A DNA stretch of 64,000 bases from Hyaloraphidium curvatum SAG 235-1 (lineage: Eukaryota; Fungi; Monoblepharomycota): NCBI GenBank assembly GCA_025558095.1, contig JAIVFI010000015.1, forward strand, positions 62,001 through 126,000, in the 5' to 3' direction. The position numbers and the translations under genes were made by a program. Below the pieces are notes generated by a model. That model had not been told where the DNA came from and searched no databases. It worked only from the letters and a program-made list of their open reading frames with translations. Numbering within the stretch: the first letter of the stretch is position 1; each line of letters begins with the position of its first letter. Below, piece after piece: positions 58,184-64,000 of this stretch.

Positions 58184-59873
58184 ATGCGGGGGGCGATTGT
58201 TGCGGAACGCGTGCGGATGCCGGCAATACGCGCGATGGGGACGGCGTGCGGGGCGGCGGGACCCCCCGGGGCGTTGGCGGCGCTCAGGAGCGCGCCGCCA
58301 CGGACCACGACCCCCTCTTCGCCGGCGCCAAAACGAGCATTGCAGACGAACGAAAGTGGAGCAACTCCTTCCTTCTTGAGGACGCTCTTCGGAGCAGAAC
58401 ACCGGGTCTACGGTGCCCGCAACCCCTCCTTGCTGCCGGCGAGGACGTTCCACTCCTCCCCCTCGGCCGGCCAGCGCGCCTCGGGGCCCGGCCCGCTCAA
58501 CTCCAAGGCGCAGGCCGTTCCCTTCACCCTTACGCGCGCCCAGGCCCTCGAAAAGTTCGAGGAGCACCACAACTCGGGCCTCCTCCGGACCTCCCGCTTC
58601 GCCAAGATCGTGCGGATCGACCCTGTCTTTGTCCCCTTCTGGGTCGGCACCGCCGAGGTCGCCGTGCGCGTTCTCGGCGGCGAGGTCGGCTTCGAGCGGA
58701 TGGAGCCGCGGTACGACTTCCGCACGCGGCGGTGGACGGCCGAGCGGGTGACGGTGTGGCAGCACATCGACCGCGAGTTCGAGTGGGAGCGGAGGTACGA
58801 TCCCGCCGACGCCGAGAACGGGTGGCTGTTCCAGCCCGCGGCGTTCGACTACCCGCGGCGGTACGTGGCCAGGCTCGCCGAGCCCGCCCTGATCGCGCAG
58901 GCGAAGCAGTTCACGCCGGACATGGCCGACGATCCGGACCCGGAGAACCCGCGCGGGGCGCGTCTGATCCTGCCATTCGAGACGCCGCCCAACGTCGCCC
59001 ACGAGCTGCTCCAGTCGCTCATCTCGGACCGCGAGAAGATGGAGGCCGAGAACGTGGTCAAGAGGTACTACAACGCCGACAACGTCCGCCTCCTCCGCGT
59101 GCAGCTTGCCTTCCCCCTGTGGCGCCTTACGCCCTTCTACCTCCCTGCTTATGCCTTCTCGACCGAATACCTCGGCACCCCCTTCCACACCCTCATCTCG
59201 GGCGCCACGGGCCGCGCCGCAGGGCAGCACTACTTCTCCTGGGAACGCGTTGCCATCCTCTCCGCCGCGGCGGGCGGCCTGTACGCCCTCGCCGCCGGCC
59301 TGACCCGCGTGCTCTCCGCCACCTCCGTATTCTGGGGCTTCCTCGTCCTCCCCGCCCTCCTCGGCGCCTACGCGTCCAGGTACTACCCCCTCGCGCAGCG
59401 GTACCTCCTCTCGCGGTACCAGGAATTCGAGCGCCGCCGCGAGGCGCAGCGCGCCGCCTCGTCGTCGTCGTCGGCGTGGGAGGAGAACATCGGCGGGTAC
59501 CGCCGCGAGAGGGAAGAAGAGCGCCGCCGCGCGGACGGGGAGTACGCGTACGAGAGGGCGAGGGCGGGCAGGCCGGCGCCGGCGCCGGGGGACGTGAGGG
59601 ATCCGAAGGGGTACTACAAGGCGCTGGGGGTCAAGCCGGACGCGGGGAAGGAGGAGATACAGGCGGCGTTCCGTGGCTTAGCGATGAAGGGTGGGCTGTT
59701 CCGTGCGCTGCGCGTGCTTGGGGCTGACGTCGGGGGCAGACCATCCGGACAGGTACTCGGATCCCAAGGACAAGGAGGCGGCCAAGAAGAGGTTCCAGAA
59801 GCTGTCGGAGGCGTACACGGTCCTGCGCGATGCCAGAAAGAGGCGCGAGTACGACCTATACGGCCGGACATGA
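58184..59873 (+). CDS. Membrane protein with a C-terminal J domain (HPD)
   Basis: [10 protein letters not shown]…FRGLAMK, intron about 59690-59739, then HPD…FQKLSEAY…RREYD. Two TM segments; the N-terminus resembles a mitochondrial presequence. Start uncertain. Confidence 0.8.
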
Positions 59874-60118
59874 CCTTCAATATAGAGCTGCATCAGCAAC
59901 TCGATGATCCTTTCATCTGCATCTGACTGGCATTCACGCCGACCTCATGAGGGTCGATCGACGACACCGGCTTCAGCTGCCACCCATCTCTCGTCCCATA
60001 TTCGAAAGTGTGATTAGCGTCTCCCCGGTGATCTACAGTGACTCCCGCTCGCTTTTCTGCATTTGCTTGCTCCAATTTCCTACAGCACCGACACGCCCTT
60101 TTTCCAATCCCTGTATCC

Positions 60119-61547
60119 TCAATCGTTGAGGGAAAACAGCGCGATCCCCCTCCGCTTGTAGTTGGACCCCGGGGCCGCGACCAGCGTCGTGGTCGAGGAC
60201 GGCACGGCCCCATTGCTGCCCTCGACCGCCCTAACGACGGCCCCGGAGCTCGTCACCAGGTAGATCGTGACGGTGTCAGCCACCGAGTCGAGCACCGTGG
60301 TTACCGCGCCGCAACCGCCCGCCAGGGTCCAATTGGGCGTGTTGGATCCGATTGCCCACTTGCGCAGGCCGTTCGAAAGGTGGCAGATGTAGGCAAAGGT
60401 GCTCGTACCGCGCTTGACCATCGAAAAGCTCGGGAAGGAGTTGCTGAAGACCGGTCCGATCACGCTGGATAGAGATGCCGAGGAGGTCGGGAGCCCGGTC
60501 CCGACCTGGAAAAGGCCCGGATTGGCTTGCAGAGTCACGGTGAATAAGTTGCCCTCAAAGATCGCCAAATCTCCGAGACCGCCGCTGATGATCTCGGTGC
60601 CGAGGCCGGAAGCGCCCTTGCCGGAGAGGTACCTGACGCCCCCCGGCCCGGAGTTGGCAGCGAAGCCCGACACCCAAATGGAACCGTCCGCCGAACCGAC
60701 GGCCCGGCGCATGAAGCCGTTCCGCGTGTTAACGGGGTCGCCGCTGAAGGCAGTGGTCGTCGTCGTGGTGTCCACAGCCCCGTTCCGATCGATCAATCCA
60801 ACCACGCGCAGCTCTGTGGTGGCTGGTACCGAAGCGGTACCGGGGGCAGCGTTGAAGCCCACCAAAGCCAGGTGCTCGCCGTCTTCGAACGTGGACAAAA
60901 GCCCCTCCAAAAGGTCGTTGCCGTAGCTCTGGGTGAGCATGTAGTTGGCGCCGTTGACGGCCGTGGGTATCGCGATGGTCTTGTTCAGAAGACCGTTGTT
61001 TACGTCGTAGAACTCGACAGAAACAGGAACCGCCTCGTTGTTGCCACGGGTGGTGCCATCACCGATAAGCTGGACTGCCAGAAACTGGCAGAGCGGGAGC
61101 AAAGGTGGGCGGCTCGGCCATCAGCGCCCTGATGAAGCTGATCGTCCGGCCGGTGGAACTCACTTGCGTGGATGGGGGTGGAGGAGGCGGAGCATAGCGC
61201 CTGTAGAGCATCCGCATCTGTTCGCCTTCCGAGCCCACACTGAAGTCGACGCAGGCCACTCGGTCTGCCTGTGTTCCGGGGATGCCGAAATCGCCTGGCC
61301 AGCTTGCGAGCATCAGCGTCGCGTTCGGGCGCGCGGCAGAGTAGCGTCGGACGTACAGTACAGCTCTGCTGAGCATTCGCTGCAGCTTCTCTTGAAGACC
61401 ACGGAGGAGCCAGCGAGGGGTCTCCGGGACAGACAGGCACCAGTGTCAGTAAGACCGAATTAAAACGCTTCTTCACGAGTCCGGAACCCACAAGGCGGAG
61501 GCGCTCCAAGGGAGCAGACCGAGCAGGAGGGCGGCGACACTGATCAT
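60119..61547 (-). CDS. Secreted protein with a bacterial-type extracellular beta-rich domain; middle exon possibly frameshifted
   Basis: Signal-peptide exon MISVAALLLGLLPWSASA; main exon IGDG…IAIPT…EGLL…DG…GFNAAPGT…VDTTT…GVRY…RGIAL. Confidence 0.6.
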
Positions 61548-62278
61548 CGCGCTTGTGGGGAGTCGGGCGCGCTGGCGCTGCGCGCCGGTCTCGCGGGCAG
61601 GGTGGGCGCAGACGGCCATTGCTCCGACACACTGGTTGCGCTCGGGGCGGATTGAAGACGTCGCTTCGTGTAAGTTGGAGCCCTGAATCGTGGGCCCTGA
61701 TTGGGTCGGGTGCACTTTTGCCGCGATCGCGCCCGCCGAGTCTGGGCCTTACGCTTTTGCGGGCGGCGGCGGTTCGGCTCCGATCGAGTCCAGACTCGGG
61801 CAAGTTCGGTGCGGCTTCGACGGATCGGTCTTGCGGCCTCTGATTCAAACAAGACCCTTGCCCCTTCTGCAATCGAGAGCAAGAGAGCGGTGGCGAAGCT
61901 ACCGCGTGCGTGACACAGCGATTCGTGCAACAGGCGGGGGAATTGTCGGCGATGATGTTCGGCTCGATCGGGCGGAGTTTCAAAACCCTTGGATCCCTAC
62001 AAAAGGTTGGTTAATCGGATCGGCGGCCGGAGAGTCGGCTGAGCCCTCAAGTGAACACGAACGCCGTGCCAAGCATGGATCCCGCAGAATAAGCGGTATG
62101 CGATTGAATCATCGGTATCCTGCAGGTTCGATCTGGCTTCGGGCTCAATGGCAGCGAGCTTCTTCTACCTTCTCCCGAACATGGCACCACCTGCCCGTCC
62201 CCCCATCGGGTCCCCGCTCCCCCATCACCACGATCGGGCGGCGCGGGCGCTGTCCCGTGAGGACGAAAACGCCACGCC

Positions 62279-62611
62279 TTATCTAAGGTCGCCGCTTACA
62301 ACGGGGGCGTCGAGCGCATCGGGGAGTCCATCACCGTCGCTGTCGCGCAGCGGGATCGCGTGCTCGTTGTTGCGCTCGTCGCACTCGACCACCGCGCCGG
62401 TGATCGCGCCGCGTACGGAGCCGTCGTCGTCGACCACGGCCCACACCGCCGCGTCGGTGAGCGCGGGCGGAGAGGTCCAGGTGAGGGACACATCGACGAA
62501 GCGTCCGGGGAGCAGCGGCGCTGCGAGGGTGGCCGTGCCGATGCGCGTCGAGGTCGCGAGGCGCGGATCGCCCGTGTAGAAGCTCACCGACGTTCCTGCG
62601 GGGGCCGAGTG
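62279..62611 (-). pseudogene. Orphan bacterial-type CARDB domain + DxDxDG fragment
   Basis: APAGTSVSFYTGDP…LLPGRFVDVSLTW…VWAVVDDDG…VVECDERNN…DSDGDGLPD; no ATG or other exons evident. Confidence 0.65.
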
Positions 62612-62760
62612 GCGAGGGCGAATGCAATGCTATTCGAAAAGCGCCTCTTTAATCCAGATGCTCCCCGCATCAAGGCGATCTACATCATCTAGCCGTGCGA
62701 TGTTCTACTTCCATTCGTCCTATCCCGTCCCGCCCCAAGTGCGAGTCAGACAGCCAGTTC

Positions 62761-64000
62761 TCACTTGGCCAGCTCCGGAAGGTCCATAAAGAGCGCCAGG
62801 CTCTCCGGGTTGGCGATTGCCTCCACGTTCTTGACCTCCCTCCCCGCCACCACCTCCCTGACCGCCAGCTCGGTCAGCTTCCCAGACCGCGTCCTCGGGA
62901 AATCGGCCACCGCCAGCACCACCGCGGGCACGTGCCGCGGCGACGCCCCCGTGCGGATCTGGTCCTTGATCCGCTTGACCAGCTCCGGCGTCAGGCTCTT
63001 GCCCTGGGCCAGGCGGACAAAGAGCACCACCCGCACGTCGTTGTCCCAGTCCTGCCCGATCGCGAGCGCCTCAACCACCTCGGGGATCAGCTCCACTTGC
63101 GCATAGATTTCGGCCGTGCCGATTCGCACCCCCTGCGGGTTGAGCGTCGCGTCGGACCGCCCGTGGATCACCATCCCGCCCCGCGCCGTCCACTCGGCAA
63201 AGTCACCGTGGTGCCACACGCCGGGGAACCGCTCGAAGTAGGCCGCGCGGTACTTTTTGCCCTGCGGGTCGTTCCAGAAGCCCACGGGCATGCTCGGGAA
63301 GGGCTTGGTGCAGACGAGCTCGCCCTTCTCGCACCGCACGGGGCGCCCGTCCTCGCTCCAGACGTCCACGGCCATACCCAGGCCGGCGGCTTGGATCTCG
63401 CCGCGGTACACGGGGGCCGTGGGGTCGCCGAGGACGAAGCACGAGACGATGTCGGTGCCGCCCGAGATGGAGGCGAGGTGGAGGTCGGATTTGATGGCCT
63501 GGTAGACGTACGAGAAGGTTTCGGGTGCGAGAGGGGAGCCGGTGGAGGTCACGGCACGGAGGGAAGAGAGGTCGTGGGTGTCGCGGGGGCGGAGGTTGGC
63601 CTTGCGGAGGCCATCGAGGTACTTGGCCGAGGTGCCAAAGAGCGCAAACTTCTCCTGCTCGGCATAGTCGAATAGGATGCCCGGAGCAGGGTGGAACGGC
63701 GAGCCGTCGTAGAGGCACAGCGTTTCGCCGAGTGCGAGGCCCGAAACCAGCCAATTCCACATCATCCACCCGCAGGTAGCAAAGTAGAAGGCCCGGTCGC
63801 CCTCGCGGAGGTCGCACTGGTACGCGTGCTCCTTGACGTGCTGGATCAACGAGCCGCCCGCCGAGTGCACGATGCACTTGGGTATTCCGGTCTGCGGGGC
63901 GGTTTGGTGAGACCGAAGTCCGACACGTGGACAAACAACCACATACGGTGCCCGACGAGAACAGAATGTACAGCGGGTGCGAGAACGGCATCCTCTCAAA
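62761..64000 (-). CDS. AACS: Acetoacetyl-CoA synthetase, 3' part (start lies beyond the window)
   Basis: [10 protein letters not shown], intron, TGIPKCIVH; [50 protein letters not shown]. Confidence 0.93.
   Translation of the reverse strand, partial: LRGCRSRTRCTFCSRRAPYVVVCPRVGLRSHQTAPQTGIPKCIVHSAGGSLIQHVKEHAYQCDLREGDRAFYFATCGWMMWNWLVSGLALGETLCLYDGSPFHPAPGILFDYAEQEKFALFGTSAKYLDGLRKANLRPRDTHDLSSLRAVTSTGSPLAPETFSYVYQAIKSDLHLASISGGTDIVSCFVLGDPTAPVYRGEIQAAGLGMAVDVWSEDGRPVRCEKGELVCTKPFPSMPVGFWNDPQGKKYRAAYFERFPGVWHHGDFAEWTARGGMVIHGRSDATLNPQGVRIGTAEIYAQVELIPEVVEALAIGQDWDNDVRVVLFVRLAQGKSLTPELVKRIKDQIRTGASPRHVPAVVLAVADFPRTRSGKLTELAVREVVAGREVKNVEAIANPESLALFMDLPELAK

Overview
Gene-dense, very GC-rich eukaryotic DNA with short GT-AG introns (mostly about 50-120 nt, often with a CTGAC-type branch). 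Gene content and style suggest an early-diverging, chytrid-like fungus, possibly a monoblepharid; this is inference. About 36 genes or gene remnants are present. Housekeeping genes: RPA2, RPP1, casein kinase I, DHX34-like helicase, CCDC25/Jlp2, cytochrome c peroxidase, MRM2/FtsJ, DES1 desaturase, a Crz1-like factor and acetoacetyl-CoA synthetase. Several enzymes look bacterial: MetC, CaiB CoA-transferase, SDR, RimL-type GNAT and a DUF4345-like protein. Lineage-specific families (MYND, F-box-like, ankyrin-kinase) are often disrupted. Best candidate for a novel system: two paralogous intronless 7-TM proteins with the architecture of the Gr/Or/DUF3537 (7TMIC) ion-channel superfamily and a private CPCxxC motif; one is interrupted by a single in-frame TAG just before its predicted pore segment. 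Also notable: two atypical CAMK-like kinases (DF[T/A]G), inverted and shuffled self-copies upstream of two genes, an RPP1 intron with an approximately 370-nt AG-free zone, a GC-AG intron, and an orphan bacterial-type CARDB fragment. Exon boundaries were read by eye and family assignments come from remembered motifs, not searches.
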